Source: Seison nebaliae (Eukaryota). Taken from it: a DNA stretch of 53,584 bases. The position numbers were made by a program, and so were the translations under genes. The DNA lies in NCBI GenBank assembly GCA_023231475.1, contig JALJEE010001698.1, positions 1 to 53,584 of the forward strand, in the 5' to 3' direction. The notes below the pieces were generated by a model. The model was not told the DNA's origin, did no database searches, and worked only from the letters and a program-made list of their open reading frames with translations. Positions within the stretch are counted from its first letter, which is position 1. Each line of letters starts with the position of its first letter. This document shows, piece by piece, positions 1 through 13,400 of this stretch.

Positions 1-714
1 TGTGGAATAGAATGTAATCCTTCGAAATCGAAGATATTATGTAATACAACTTTTTCAGCAACTTATGCTGAATTTCGGAATATTAGTGTGAGGAGTACTT
101 TATTCCTCGGATGTGAAATTGACAATCGTAAAAAGTCATCCACGAGTGTAGATAAAATACGTGTGAAGTTCATTAGATCTTTTCACTCGTTCCATCGTAA
201 ATGTAAATACATATCGCTAGATCTTCGTTTAAAACTTTTTCAAACATTCTGTTCTGATTTTTACGGTCTTCAAGCATCTCTTGCTTTTACGATAAGATCG
301 ATGTTATCGTTGGATAGAACATACAATCTGTTTGTACGAACGTTACTTGGGTGTAGGCGTTCATTCAACAGAGCTTTCATGTTCAGTATTGTGAAATTGC
401 CGCCTTTTCCCCTCTTGCTGTTTAGGAGGTATTTCTCTCTCGTCAACAATATCAGTAATTCAAATTTCCCATTTTCATCGTTCGAACAGTGCGATGAATT
501 CAATTCACCTGTTAAATTCTTTTGCGACTATTATGATATGGATTACCCATATATGCTTCAGAATTTCAACATCAACGATTTTGTACCTCCTCATCTTGTT
601 GGGTTACTACCTCGTGGTCGTGAGCTTGTATCGTCAAATAATTTTGCTAACATTTCTCAATTTCTATATTCTTTTCCCCGAGGGGATTCCGAATAATAAA
701 AAAATAATAATAAT
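1..714 (+). mobile_element. 3' end of a non-LTR retrotransposon (LINE): C-terminal part of the RT ORF plus a TAA/A-rich tail; truncated by the window edge
   Basis: Frame 1 is open from base 1 to the stop at 696. Segments GIECNPSKSKIL, FLGCEID and LRLKLFQTFCSDFYG resemble the post-RT/thumb region of non-LTR elements. The stop runs directly into TAATAAAAAAATAATAATAA. Confidence 0.7.
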
Positions 715-983
715 TCAACGAGAAAATGATACAGCTCAACTTTTGAGCACGATGAAATAATGTTTTAGAATATTAATATGTAGAATTGAAGAGTGATGAA
801 AAATATCTTTTTGAACACAATTGTTACTGTGAGCAACAAGGAAAAATGGAAAAAGTTTGACTCTCTTCCATTTATTTCTACATTGACTGATTCGGCATAA
901 AAACTTCACATATCCAATCGATCAATAGACGATAAGTTACATATCCAAAGATTGTTTTTTGTTTCTTGAGAAAATTGAGACGA

Positions 984-2114
984 ATGAATAAACCTCCAAC
1001 ATTACGGAATAAGAAATACAAGTCATCAGCTTCTGATATTTATGACAAACGATTGAATCGAACAAAGAAATATGATGAAGTGCAATCAGTTATTGATACT
1101 GGATCGTCATTATCGCGACAAGCGGACAAAATGGAAGAAATAAAAGCGAATTATAAATATCAAAAAAACGAAATTTTCAAAAGAATTAAAGTCGCCACAT
1201 TTGTTCGTCTTATTTTGCAGGTGCGCGAAATCAATGGAGCAAATTCACAGAACAATTTAGACGACGAAGATGTTGGACCATCCGTCTCTCAACGTGACAT
1301 AAATGAACGAATGGATGGAATGATAGCTGATGCTGATGAAGATATTCGTTCCAATGTTTCTACTCGATCCAAAGTGGGAAATTTCGTCAGTGGAATAGGC
1401 GAACGTGATTATATTGAACAGAATTCAACTATTTCTATGACGTCAACAACTGTTAGTACAACAGCTTATGGAAGATGTGCTCCTCCTAGAATGGCGAATA
1501 ATGATTCTTATTTAGATAAACCTTATTTGATATTGGATGTTCGTACACAAGAAGAATATGAACAATGTCATATAATCGGTTCATATAATTTTCCTTCTTG
1601 TCTACTCAGTCGTTCTTGTAATTATGAATCGAAAGAGATGTTACATTTCAAGAATAGTGAAGGAAAAATTATAGTCATGTATGATGATGATGAAACTATT
1701 TGTCCTCGAGTTATCACTTCACTCGTCCAACGTGGTTATGATAATATATTCATGTTAAGTGGAGGATTGAAAATCGCTTACAAATATTTCCATAAGAATC
1801 TGGTAACTGGTCGTCCTCCCAAACAATTGATCAACGATTTGAAAAAACAGAAATTCAAACCTTACGAATATTCGACACATGGAAATAATCAGAAATTGTC
1901 GAATGATTTCACTTTTGAAAATATCGAAGAATTAGAGAGATCGTTAGATATGATTGAATCAGGTGAATTACATCCATCTGTTGGTGTGCGTAGATCAGCT
2001 GTTAATAGTTTGAGACCTCGAACGGATAGTCGTCGAGAACAAGTGGAAAAGAAGAAGAATGAACAGACGAAGAATTTTGTAGGAGGGAAACCATGGAAAC
2101 CGTTAGGACAATAA
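984..2114 (+). CDS. CEP41: Centrosomal protein 41 kDa (rhodanese-like domain), intronless
   Basis: Motifs VQSVIDTGSS, YKYQKNEIFKRIKVATFVRL, PYLILDVRT..EY..CHIIG and QRGYDNIFMLSGGL match CEP41. First ATG is at 984. Confidence 0.9.
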   Translation: MNKPPTLRNKKYKSSASDIYDKRLNRTKKYDEVQSVIDTGSSLSRQADKMEEIKANYKYQKNEIFKRIKVATFVRLILQVREINGANSQNNLDDEDVGPSVSQRDINERMDGMIADADEDIRSNVSTRSKVGNFVSGIGERDYIEQNSTISMTSTTVSTTAYGRCAPPRMANNDSYLDKPYLILDVRTQEEYEQCHIIGSYNFPSCLLSRSCNYESKEMLHFKNSEGKIIVMYDDDETICPRVITSLVQRGYDNIFMLSGGLKIAYKYFHKNLVTGRPPKQLINDLKKQKFKPYEYSTHGNNQKLSNDFTFENIEELERSLDMIESGELHPSVGVRRSAVNSLRPRTDSRREQVEKKKNEQTKNFVGGKPWKPLGQ

Positions 2115-2320
2115 ATTATTAAATTAATTTCAAATTATTCATTAAATTTTAATTTAAATTTTCTTAATTGATTATTATCCTTAATAAAATAATAATTTAA
2201 ATGGATATAATTAATTTGACAGATAAAATGTGCATATTAATTCGTTTGAAATGAGAAGAATTTGAATAAATGATGAAATTAAAATAGAATTTAGTTTTTC
2301 TCAAAAAAAATTATTTTCCT

Positions 2321-5005
2321 TTAGAAATACCAATCGTAATCGACAATTGAATGGAAATAACTATTATTTGGTTCGCGTCTTCGAGAACTATGTTTGAAAT
2401 ATGTTTGTGGATCATGTATATATTCCGGTTCGGTTTGATAATGTTTCCTCGATTTAGGTGATAATTGTACGGATCGTTCAGATGCGAAAGAATTCGTCAA
2501 ATCATAAGGACGATTTGATGAGATGATGGATCGAGAAGAATCCAATAATGTTTTTGGATAGATCGAATTGAAGTTGGATGATTTGTTGCTACTCATCGAA
2601 ATTTTTTTTGTTCGTGATTTCGTTTTTGAGGATTTGACTTGATTAAATTGAGAACCTAAAGCATATTTGAATCTGAGTGAATGTCCTTCAACTTTATCGT
2701 TTATCGGATTATCATTATAATCAGGTTTAATATAAGATTCATTTCTAATTTCCAATTTGCGATAAACGTCAATGGGAGTAGCGAACCATCGCCAAGCATC
2801 TTTGAAATTGTCGACGAGAAGTGCATAATTCATATTAAGAACGGCTTGTTGCCATTGCTCTGTACATTTGAGATTGATTAAAGAATTCGAATTTCTTTTT
2901 AATAGATCTCGATATTTTTGAATTGATTCTTTCCCATTCGTCATATTCTTCCAGACTTCTTCATTAAATTTCTTATTCTCCTTTTCGAACAATTCATTAC
3001 AATCGAGATAATGATAAGATTGGATGATGGATTTACGATAAGATGGATTTGGAACATTCGTGTCATTTGGTTTCGATGAGAAGTCCATATTCTCCAATGT
3101 ATTATAATCGATGAAGTTCCGTTGACGGAAATGACTCCAAGTGTAACTTTTCCGATTATCCTTTTGAGATAAACGACGAATATATTTCATACATTCTCCT
3201 TGTAAATCACAACCACTTCCATTCTGCAACATTTTCCTACATTTCGATTTATTTATATCAGCCACACTAGAAAAGGGAAATGTATAAAATTTCAATAATT
3301 TCCATCCATTATTCGCTATATCGACAACGGCCTTAATAATAAAATCGACTTCTTCTTCCGTCAACCATGGTGCGAAGTTTAATCGACAGAAACCTGGTTT
3401 TAATGTTGGATAAGATTTCAAGAGTTTTTTTAAAGTAACAAAATATTCTTGAGCATTCGCCAATTGATCTAATTCTAGTAATTTTATACTTAACGGTCCA
3501 GCACACATACAACCAGATCTGGTTTGAATTCCATATACGTCATTGAGGAGAGCTGATACGAAATCGTGATGTAAATATTTGTTATTTTCAAAATAAATGA
3601 GAAATGAGACTGTTGATATTCGATCAGCTTTCGTACATCCTACAATTTCTATTCGAGGATTAGTTTTCCACACATTCGTCGCTTTCATGAACCATAAATG
3701 TTCTCGTTCCATTAAGACTTCTGGTGAAATTTGATCTTTCAATTTGAAGACTAAACCACAACGAATAGATCCAATAATTTGTGGTGTTCCACCTTCTTCT
3801 GTCACTTCTAAATTATTTGGGATATATGATGCTTCTTCAGATGAGACGAATTCTACTGTACCACCACCAGGTACAACAGGAACTTTATTCTCACATAAAC
3901 TTTTCCGTACAACTAATATACCTGGTGTGTCTGGACCGCCTAAAAACTTATGAGGAGATATGAATATTGCATCTTTATTTATCATATTAATTGAAATATA
4001 TGGTGCAGCACTCGCATAATCAAAGAAGCAATATGCAGGTGGTTTAGCTTTTCTACATATTCTCGAAATTTGATCAACATCAGTCAATATTCCAGTAATA
4101 TTGGAAGCGGCAGTTACTGATACATAACGACGTTTTCTATTCTTCCAAGTTGGTGAAGCGAGAGCATTCTTTAACCATCGATAATTGATTGGACATCCAT
4201 TTTGTAAGTCTTCTGGAATCTCTACCACATCACAAATACTTTCACGCCAAATTAATATATTTGAATGATGTTCCGAACAACTGATGAATACGATGGGTCG
4301 ATTATTCTCTTCCAATTGTTCTTTGATATGAAGTTGTAATTCGATTTGTTTGGGAAGAACGTAACCCAAAATTCCGACTAATTTATGGATTGCTGCTGTA
4401 CTTCCAGAACCACAAAAAATTACATAAAAATCATCTTTCGCAGCATTTAATGATTTCCTTATGAGATCTCTGGCCTCTTCTCGAAATCGGGTTGTTTGAA
4501 CACCGTTAAATGATGTTTCAGTATGAGTATTAGCGAAGTATGGCATGACATTCTTTCGAATCCATTCTTCAATGACATTTAACGATTTCCCCGAAGCGGT
4601 GTAATCACAGAAGAGTAATGGTAATGGTCCGTAATCATTGAAAGGTGATGGTAATGTTGTGAAAGGATAACCACCAATAATTTCGTCATGTAAAGTTTGT
4701 AATAAGTCATAACCTTGATTTGATCGTTTTTTTGCTTGAAATAAAAATTTCTTTTTCGTCAACGAAGTACATGGACCGACTGGTAAGATATCTTCATTTT
4801 CATCAGCGATTCCTTCATCTTTCTCCGATTCCTCATCGAACAATCTTTCAGGTGGATCATTTATTATATAATCGGTGTAATAACTGGCAATTGGTGTAGT
4901 TCGTTTACGCCATTGGACATCAGGGAAATTCGCTTTTCTTATACGATCTTCAGTATCTGATGAATCATAAGAGACTTTATTGTCTTTCGCAATAAATTTC
5001 GTCAT
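2321..5005 (-). CDS. Aminotransferase class V (PLP) cysteine-desulfurase-like protein with long N- and C-terminal extensions, single coding exon
   Basis: Motifs DYTASG, ANTHT, EHHSN, FDYASAAPY, SPHKFLGGP (PLP lysine), EEGGTP, RSGCMCAGP and KPGFCRLNF. First in-frame ATG is at 5005; the true start is uncertain. Confidence 0.85.
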   Translation of the reverse strand: MTKFIAKDNKVSYDSSDTEDRIRKANFPDVQWRKRTTPIASYYTDYIINDPPERLFDEESEKDEGIADENEDILPVGPCTSLTKKKFLFQAKKRSNQGYDLLQTLHDEIIGGYPFTTLPSPFNDYGPLPLLFCDYTASGKSLNVIEEWIRKNVMPYFANTHTETSFNGVQTTRFREEARDLIRKSLNAAKDDFYVIFCGSGSTAAIHKLVGILGYVLPKQIELQLHIKEQLEENNRPIVFISCSEHHSNILIWRESICDVVEIPEDLQNGCPINYRWLKNALASPTWKNRKRRYVSVTAASNITGILTDVDQISRICRKAKPPAYCFFDYASAAPYISINMINKDAIFISPHKFLGGPDTPGILVVRKSLCENKVPVVPGGGTVEFVSSEEASYIPNNLEVTEEGGTPQIIGSIRCGLVFKLKDQISPEVLMEREHLWFMKATNVWKTNPRIEIVGCTKADRISTVSFLIYFENNKYLHHDFVSALLNDVYGIQTRSGCMCAGPLSIKLLELDQLANAQEYFVTLKKLLKSYPTLKPGFCRLNFAPWLTEEEVDFIIKAVVDIANNGWKLLKFYTFPFSSVADINKSKCRKMLQNGSGCDLQGECMKYIRRLSQKDNRKSYTWSHFRQRNFIDYNTLENMDFSSKPNDTNVPNPSYRKSIIQSYHYLDCNELFEKENKKFNEEVWKNMTNGKESIQKYRDLLKRNSNSLINLKCTEQWQQAVLNMNYALLVDNFKDAWRWFATPIDVYRKLEIRNESYIKPDYNDNPINDKVEGHSLRFKYALGSQFNQVKSSKTKSRTKKISMSSNKSSNFNSIYPKTLLDSSRSIISSNRPYDLTNSFASERSVQLSPKSRKHYQTEPEYIHDPQTYFKHSSRRREPNNSYFHSIVDYDWYF

Positions 5006-6078
5006 AAAGGAGAACGGTCTGATTTTCAATATTTTTCAAATGGTCATTAGTTGAAAAAAAAAAGTAAAATGAGAAATCTTCTGATAGTTTGTTATCGTTG
5101 GAAAAGAAAGTTTGAATTAGAATAAAGTTAGATTTAATGTGAATTGTATTAGAATTATGATGGAGGGAGATGACATATTTTATCACATCATTATCGCCAA
5201 CTAAACAAATGGGAAATGAAAGAATTTATATGAAGATCAAATTGGAGATGAATTGATGAGAGAACATCTTTTCAGCATTCTCATTGAATATTTCAACTTC
5301 ATCTCCAACTCAAAAAAGAGTTGTGTCAAAATTCGGGAGGGAATGATGACGAAAAACAGCTTGTCGCCATCAATCTATGTAAACTTGTCGACCATCAACA
5401 TCAATTTTACTTTAATTATTTTTCATGTCGTATATACCGAATGTTTGACGGACAATTTCTCAATGTCGATGATTATTTCCCCTCCATCAATTCGACATAT
5501 GCAACGAAAAATTATTTAGACAATTGATATTATTAATCTTGGAGTTTATCTTCCTTATCATCATCAATTTACATCACCTAAATTTTAATCTTAATCATCA
5601 TAATATTAATCATATCAGAAGGAGAATTCTTTTCATCATCATCAACTCACAACAAAATGAGATAAACTTAATTTTAATTTGTTTTCAAATAGTTTTTCTG
5701 TTATCTTATCTAACACTTCTAACGCTTCAATGAACTTTTTTTTTCTGAATGAAAATTTCATATTTCATCGAATTCTCTTTAATTTATTTGTCCAATTAAA
5801 AATAAAGAGGGAGGCGGTTTATAAACATTCCCCAATAGTTGTTGTCCATCATTAACATTTATGATTATGCAATTGAATGGATGAGTTGACAGTCGTATTA
5901 AATTTACAGTACAATTTTTTTTTAAATTCATCTCTTCTTTTCTTTTAATAATTTAACTCAATAATTAGTTCACTTCCAGGAATTAGAATTATAGAAATAA
6001 ATAAATGAAGAATAGATGTTATGAAAGATTGGGGGATTCATTAAAAAATTTGAAGATTATAAATTTGATAAGAAGAAA

Positions 6079-8614
6079 TTAATGATCTCGCTTAAGATTG
6101 ACCCATTTCGAATCGTTGGACTGATAATCTCCAATACACAATTGGACCATCACATAAATGTTATTCATGTTGGGAATATCATGTAATATACAACTATTGG
6201 ATAATCCTTCATAAATATTCTGAGAAAATTAAATTAGTTAGATAAAGGAAAAGTAACTTGAGATTTGTTATTATCATTTTTTAAAAAAACTTTATATGTA
6301 TATGGTAATTGATAGGCAGGAACATTCTTCTCCGATATCTGTTCATGACCTGCATATTTTAAAATTTGTTGCAAAGTCGAATAGTCTTTTCGACTTAACC
6401 ACCACTTGACTGTGATTCCTTCATCGCAGTTCATATAACTACAACTACTATTGACTGACATATCATCCGGTGCATAATCATAATCGCTATTCGACACCAA
6501 TGACGGTGCAGTCGTTGACAAAGATACGGTGGATGAAATAGCAGTTTTGTTCTCCGTTAACTTATTTGGTTCGGCGTAACAAATTTCGGTTTCCTTTTGT
6601 GAAGGTTTCTCTTCGATATGTAACTCCAACGATTTCTTCTCATTTTTTTCTTTCCATTTCAAATCTTCTTGATATTTCTTCGAATAGTCGTCATTCTTGA
6701 ACGTTACCTCTTTCTTCAATTTATTCGACTTCCCATTACTCTCCACAATAAAATCTGAATAATCCGATTTTTCTTTCCAAGTCGATTTCTTATCCGACAC
6801 GATTGTTGCGTAATTGTTCGTGGGGAATATGTTAACGATTGGTTGAATCTTTTTTATCGCATCTATGAAATATTCTTATAAAATTCTTGTAAATTACTCG
6901 AAATATTTAACGGTTTATTGATAATAATCCTAATTTATCGATTTCTTTTATAATCTCTTTATGATTCGTTACCATAAAACATTTCTCATTCGATTTGATC
7001 AGTTTATCATTTTTATCATTTACAACTGATAATAATGTGAAATAAGATCTCAAGCGTTTTTCACGTCCAATTAATTGTTTGATATGTTCATTGTCAATCT
7101 GTTAATAAATAAGGAAAGAATAATTATTCGTTGCGAAATGGAAAGAAAACTTGTTCTTCAGTGGTATTTTTCGAATCTTTGATAATATTTAATGTCTCCT
7201 TCAACAAATTAGTCGATTTCCGAACTTCATTATGTAAATCTTCACGTAACTTCTCATAATTGACATGTTCATTTTCTTCAACATTCAAAATCTGATTCTT
7301 CTCGTCAATCAAATTCACATTCATCTCTTCTGATGAGGTTGAAGCGGTTGGAGAAGTTGTGGCGGTTGTTGATGAGATGAATGAAGATGTCAACAAACTA
7401 TCGATATCATCATCCTCTTCCTCATCACCATTATTTGAAGATTTTTTCAATTGTTTACTGTAAAGAAGAATATCTTCATAATTGGAAAAATTGTTATATT
7501 TCCTTTTCTCACTCATTAAACTCCGAGACATTTGTGGAGTAGAAAATTTAGTTTTCTCTAAAGTTCTCATTTTCTCTCCATTCGAATATTCTTGAGATTT
7601 ATTTGATTTATTCTCCGATTCATTCCAATATTTGAACGAATTATTCCAACTTGTATATTTTGTTTTACCATCGAATTCTTCCAATATTTCCACTTTCCTT
7701 CTTTTTATCGAAGTGATCAATGAATCGAAATCTTCAATAATCTTCTCTCGATTTTCCTGCAGTTTCTTCTCTTCATTCTGAAGAATTGATAGAAATTCAG
7801 TTGCACGTTTGGCTCTCGTTGAAAGAACTTTACTTAATGTCGATACAAAATCGAGTAACTTCTTCTCTTTCATAGTCATTTGTAACATGATTGTGTGATT
7901 GTCTCCTTTGGAGAAGATGTCGGCCGACGAATGTATCATATTCTTTTCATTATATTTGTCTACGGAAAGTGTTCGATTTGTACGAGATTTCATGTCGAAA
8001 TATGTTGACGGGACCGGAATGAAATTAGGTTTTGTTTTCATTGTAGAATTTTCTTTATCATTAATCTTTCTTTCTTTTGAGATGAGTTCAGTGTCAGAAA
8101 GATCAGTACGATTTAATGAACGAAAAGAATGGAATCTTTGACGATTCCCTTCCTTCATCATTAATATTTCATTATTCGTTTGATGAGTTTTATGAAGATG
8201 TTGAAACTTTTGTAGTGGTCGTTGTTGTTTCTGTTGCTGATATTTTTGTGCTGAATTGTTGGTGGCAGTGGTGATGTTGGTGGTCGGAGTGATTCTACCA
8301 GCTGTTTCTTGATTGTTTAATGATAATTCACCTATGATGGAGGAAGTATCGACCGATTCATTCGAATAGTTCGATTTATGACAATCTAATTTCATTCCCT
8401 TATTCTTCCTCAACATCGACGATTGAGGCAAATAGTTAAATCTCATATCACTCTGGGATGCGTATCGATCATTACTGCAATTATTTGCATTATGCTTTTT
8501 ATGGAAATTGTTTGTGTATAATGATTTCTTCTCATGATTCACATTTTCACCATTTCGATGAATTGATCGTTCTTTCTTTAGTAAACTCAATTTGCTGGTG
8601 AATAACGTTGTCAT
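6079..8614 (-). CDS. Coiled-coil protein with a C-terminal fibronectin type III-like domain; exons 8614-7151, 7098-6912, 6862-6258, 6219-6079
   Basis: Three GT-AG introns (52, 49, 38 nt) join the ORFs in frame. KIIEDFDSLITSIKRRKVEILEEF resembles a TRIM-type coiled coil; ITVKW...YKVFL...IYEGLSNSCILHDIP...YVMVQ is FN3-like. Confidence 0.65.
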
Positions 8615-10402
8615 GTCTACCTGTCAGAGATGCATAATCTTTTGTGAAAATATCTAGGCAATTAATGCAAATCGTTAGAAAGGAATCAGTCAAATCATAT
8701 TAGATGCACGACAACGGAAAAAATGTTAATTCAAAGAAAATTCTCATTCATTATTGGAAGGAAAATTTGGTTTAGATTAAATAGAACAGTTCGTATGTCC
8801 ATCAGTCGACAAACAAAATTAATATTAGATAGCGGTAGAATATGTCGGTAATGAAACGAAACATCTGAGTCTGTAAGTAAAATGATGTACATATCTCATA
8901 ATGGTTTTGTCATTAATAATCTGCTAATAAATGAAAGAAGAAGAAAACAAACATGGAACGACAAACAATATGGATATAATATCCGTTTATTTCATCTTTC
9001 CTCTTCCATTCACTTCTCTAACACTGTCAGGGGAGACATCAATCATTATTAATTTCTTTCATATACATATTTGCACATAGACATCAAAGGTGCACTTAAT
9101 GTCTCCATCGGTGAGTTCAATAGACAAAATCGTTGGAAACATATTCATCTATGTCCCACATCGAACGGTGAAATATATCAGTTCTTTTTTTCTTGAAGAA
9201 TTAATTTTGTCATTTTCTTTTAGATATAGACGGAAGTTTGCGGTTACAGGAGCGAAAGATGACTTATCTTCTGCAACACTTACAATGCACATAATGTGCA
9301 CAAGAAACCAAATGGCATGTTTCCCAATTTAATCTAATATCAAATTATTATTGCAATAAATTAATTGCATATCAATTATTGATCTAAAAAATCTAACATG
9401 CACATACAATGAAAGGGAAGGAAAGACTTATGTGGAAGAAATTGCGAGAAAGAAAAAGGAAAACGGAAAGTTTATTCACTTCCATCGAAGTAGTTATAAG
9501 AAAAGGTTTTTTATTCTGATTGTCATTGAGATAATCTATCAATGGAAATTGAAGAAGGGAATAATATAAACATTCTTTCTAATAATTCCATTAGCACAAT
9601 TGAAGTATCTTTATTATTCAATGATAAATTGGTGAATCTCCTGGAAATATGATACAAATGAAAATTGGAAGAACTTCTCCAAATAAGAAATTCATCGACT
9701 CCCATCTGTTCAAATTAAGTTAATTCCTTATATTCTTCTCAATTTGCACATTTATTTTCCCCTCGTCACTTCTCTAATTCGATCAACATTTAAATTGTTC
9801 AACATGAAAATGAGGTTACTCGTCAAAGAGACTGAAAGAACTACAAGATATATTCGTCCATGAACTAATGTACTAGGAGAATTGTAACTAAATATGAATG
9901 AATTGGATGAGACATCAATTGGATGACTTAATTCCCATGTACAATTTGAAGAATTAGGAAGCGCTATGAAAATTATTTGAAGGGAAATTTTCCTTCTAAA
10001 ATGAAAAGAAATTTCAAATCATTCTTAGCTATAATTGTTCTCCCTGTTTTCATGAGGAGCTGAACGGCCTCTATGAAACAGCAGGGGATGACGATTAGCA
10101 TTGCCGATATTTAGATTATATTTCGTCGGGTACGTTGTCATCATATTCTCTTGATTATATGTCATGGTCTGCCTACAATTTCCCAGTTGATTTTATTTAA
10201 ACACTCCGTAGGAGAAGACATTAGTTAGATATAAAAAATAGAAGAAAGTTAAGGTAACTAAAGGAAATTCGGATCGATAAAAATTTGATTAATTCATAAA
10301 ATTTCTTTCTATTCTCCATACACAATAGAAAATAGCAATACTTTTTTTTGAAGATCTTTGGAAGATAAGAGGAAAATACTTTTCAATTCCGATGAGAAAC
10401 TT

Positions 10403-13400
10403 TCAGATACATTGGAACGATGGAATAAACCAAGTGCCAATTGGTAAACAGATACCAATTACATAAGATAATTTTACAGATGTTAAATTTTCATAAGTGA
10501 ATTTATTGAAGGAATTCGTACTCGTTCCATTCTTACCATAACTGCCAATCTCACCATATCTTTCTTGCATTAAACTTAAATAATTTTGAATTTCATAAAA
10601 ATATTGTTTTGGATTAGATAATTTGAGAGTTTTTGCTGATTGACAATAAATGCGAACGAGTGGAATTGAACCATATCGTATCACGTTCCACCATCTACCT
10701 TCCAACTTCAAATAATGTGTAAGATGATCCAATTGACACGTGAACTGTAACGAACATTTCCTCTCATCGATATAATTCGGAATGTCGATTACATCAGAAA
10801 TTGTCTGTTTCACCCATTTGGATGTGGTTGCAGGATGTGAAGAATCATTATTCCAATTGAAGGTCATCATTCTCTTCTGATCTTCATTACTTATTCGACA
10901 ATTGAACATCAAATTGAACAACATCTTCTCCTCTTCCATATACTTACTCCACGCATTCACATCAGTGATACGTGTAGAATCCGTTCGTTTTTCTTTAATC
11001 ATATTTTCATTTCCATAATATTTATCATCCCAATAATATGTCTTGTTGTTGAGTAATCGAGACAGATAATTATTAGAATAGAAATATCTGAAAATCTCAT
11101 TAAATCCCATTCGATTCAAGATATAATCTTTCACTGATTTTATCATTGAATTATCTCTAATACGTTCCAGATGATTATTCAATAATTTCTCATAATACAA
11201 ATGGGAAGTATATGTATCTTTCGCATTATCATTATCTATTTGAGTAAACTCTTTATGATGATTCTTATCATTATTTGTTAACTTCTTATCATTTAATTTA
11301 CTTCTATCATTCTTTTCATAATCGAACGATCGCCCATAAACCGTCAAATGATAAGTTAAGAACGAATCCGTCATATTCATTATCTTTCTTATATCCAAAT
11401 GACGTAAATTATTATAATACATCTCCAATTGTTCATTCCTCTTATTGGAATCATTATATTGACGACTATAATATATTGATGAAGGAAAATAAATTCTCTC
11501 TAAAATTTTATTTGAATTTTTAATTTGAAAATCTTTATCCGAATTATTTCTATTATGTTCGAATGAATTTCTTTTTGACAAATTGTTATTTGACATTTCT
11601 TTTTTGAAGTTTGCCATAGATTTTTTGAAGAATTCATAAAGATTTAATCGTCGATAGAGTTTGTAACGAATCAGATAAAGTTGATGAATTGTCCGATAGA
11701 AGTAATGGTATTTGAATGATCGTTGAAGTCGATCGAAGAATTGTTGGCGAGTTGAGTGAATGGAAGTGTTCAAACGGAACAATGATTTACTATTGACATT
11801 TATTTCAATTTTGTTCGTTGGCAAATAATTGATTGTGAAAAAAAACCAAAGATCAACATCTATTAAATCGAATAGATTGTGCTCGTCGATCTTTACATGG
11901 GAATATTGTTGGAAGAATTGTTCGATGCTTAAATGAAGTCGATAATATCCTTCTTTCCATAATCTCACAAACATCCTTCCATTCTCAATACCAAATTCAA
12001 TTAAATGATTTTGTGTAGATTGAATTATCAATCGTTTTCCGTCGTCAATTTCCGGACAAAAACGTTCGTCATTGAATTCATAAAGAAATTTCGATGTGAA
12101 ATGATTAAATTTGTTGAAATTGTTTAAACAAATGAATTTGGTTTGGAGACTCTCAATTAAGTCGAATGTCCAAAAAATCAAACGACTTCTCCCATATGAC
12201 GAATTCTTATACAAGATTAATCTTTGCAGATGATTGAAATCGAATGAATAGCGAAAAGTTATAGTTCGATTCATTTGAAGAGTATGACGAATTTTCGTGT
12301 CAATAAGCCTCGAAACTTTCCCAGAATATTCTTGATTAGATGTTTCTTTTCTTTCACTTCCATCCTTGATGATCGAGGTCGAATTGTGAGAAATTGAAAC
12401 TTTTTTATCCACAATTCTCATTTTATTATCAGGGAACAATTCATTGATTTGATGTGTAGACGAATTGTTGACATCTGCTATTCTATCTGAATCGCTATCG
12501 TCTCTCTCACTTGTTCTTCCATTAAGATATGTCAATAACGATGTGACAGGTGATAAAGATGTTGTCTCCATATTAGTTTTCGGTGTCGACTTATCTTTAC
12601 CAATATGGGAATTGGGATCTGAAAATTCTTTTAACGAATTCTCTGAACTAACAACTTCCACATTTCGTTTCATTTCTATAAATTTCATTTTCCTTGTTGT
12701 TGTTGTTGTTGGTGATCTGGTTAATTTATGTGTTAAGGCTTCTTCCTCACTCGTTCGATGAACAGGAGAAACGGTTGATGAAAAAGGATTTGTAGTTGTT
12801 GGAAACGTCGATGGAATTTTTGATTTCGATTTGAATAATAACGGAAAGAGTTGTTTAAGAAGATCGACTTGACCTAATTTCTTCATAAATTTTTTGAATC
12901 GTTTCCCAATTACTTTATGATGTAAAAGAATTGAAATGGCTGAACGAAATGATTTGATTTGATTCTTGAATCTCTTACCAATTTTATCTTTCTTCATAAA
13001 ATATTTGAAAAGAAACAGAAATTTACGAATTCGAGGATTTTTCACTTCTCGCCGATAACGTTTTCTTTCTATTGTTGGTGCGACGAATGAATTGTTGGGA
13101 GAATGAAAAGATATTTGATTTTTCATATTATATTCAGCCACAATGAAAGAAACCTTTGCATCGTTCTCAACGAGATAAATGCGATTTTCATTTTTAATTG
13201 GTGAAATATTCAGATGATGTGGCGGATGTAATTTATTGATAATTTTCTCATTGTCGACGATTGTTGGACGTGTTGAACTTGTAATATTTGTTGGTCTTGT
13301 GAAAATTTTTGTTGTTGTTTCATTTAATGCGGATACAGATGAATTGTACAAGATTAATGATGAAGATGTAGATAAAATATTTTCATTATTTAAATTGTCT

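Noticed and set aside
1660..1700. CEP41 rhodanese domain lacking the catalytic Cys
   Set aside because: Normal for CEP41.
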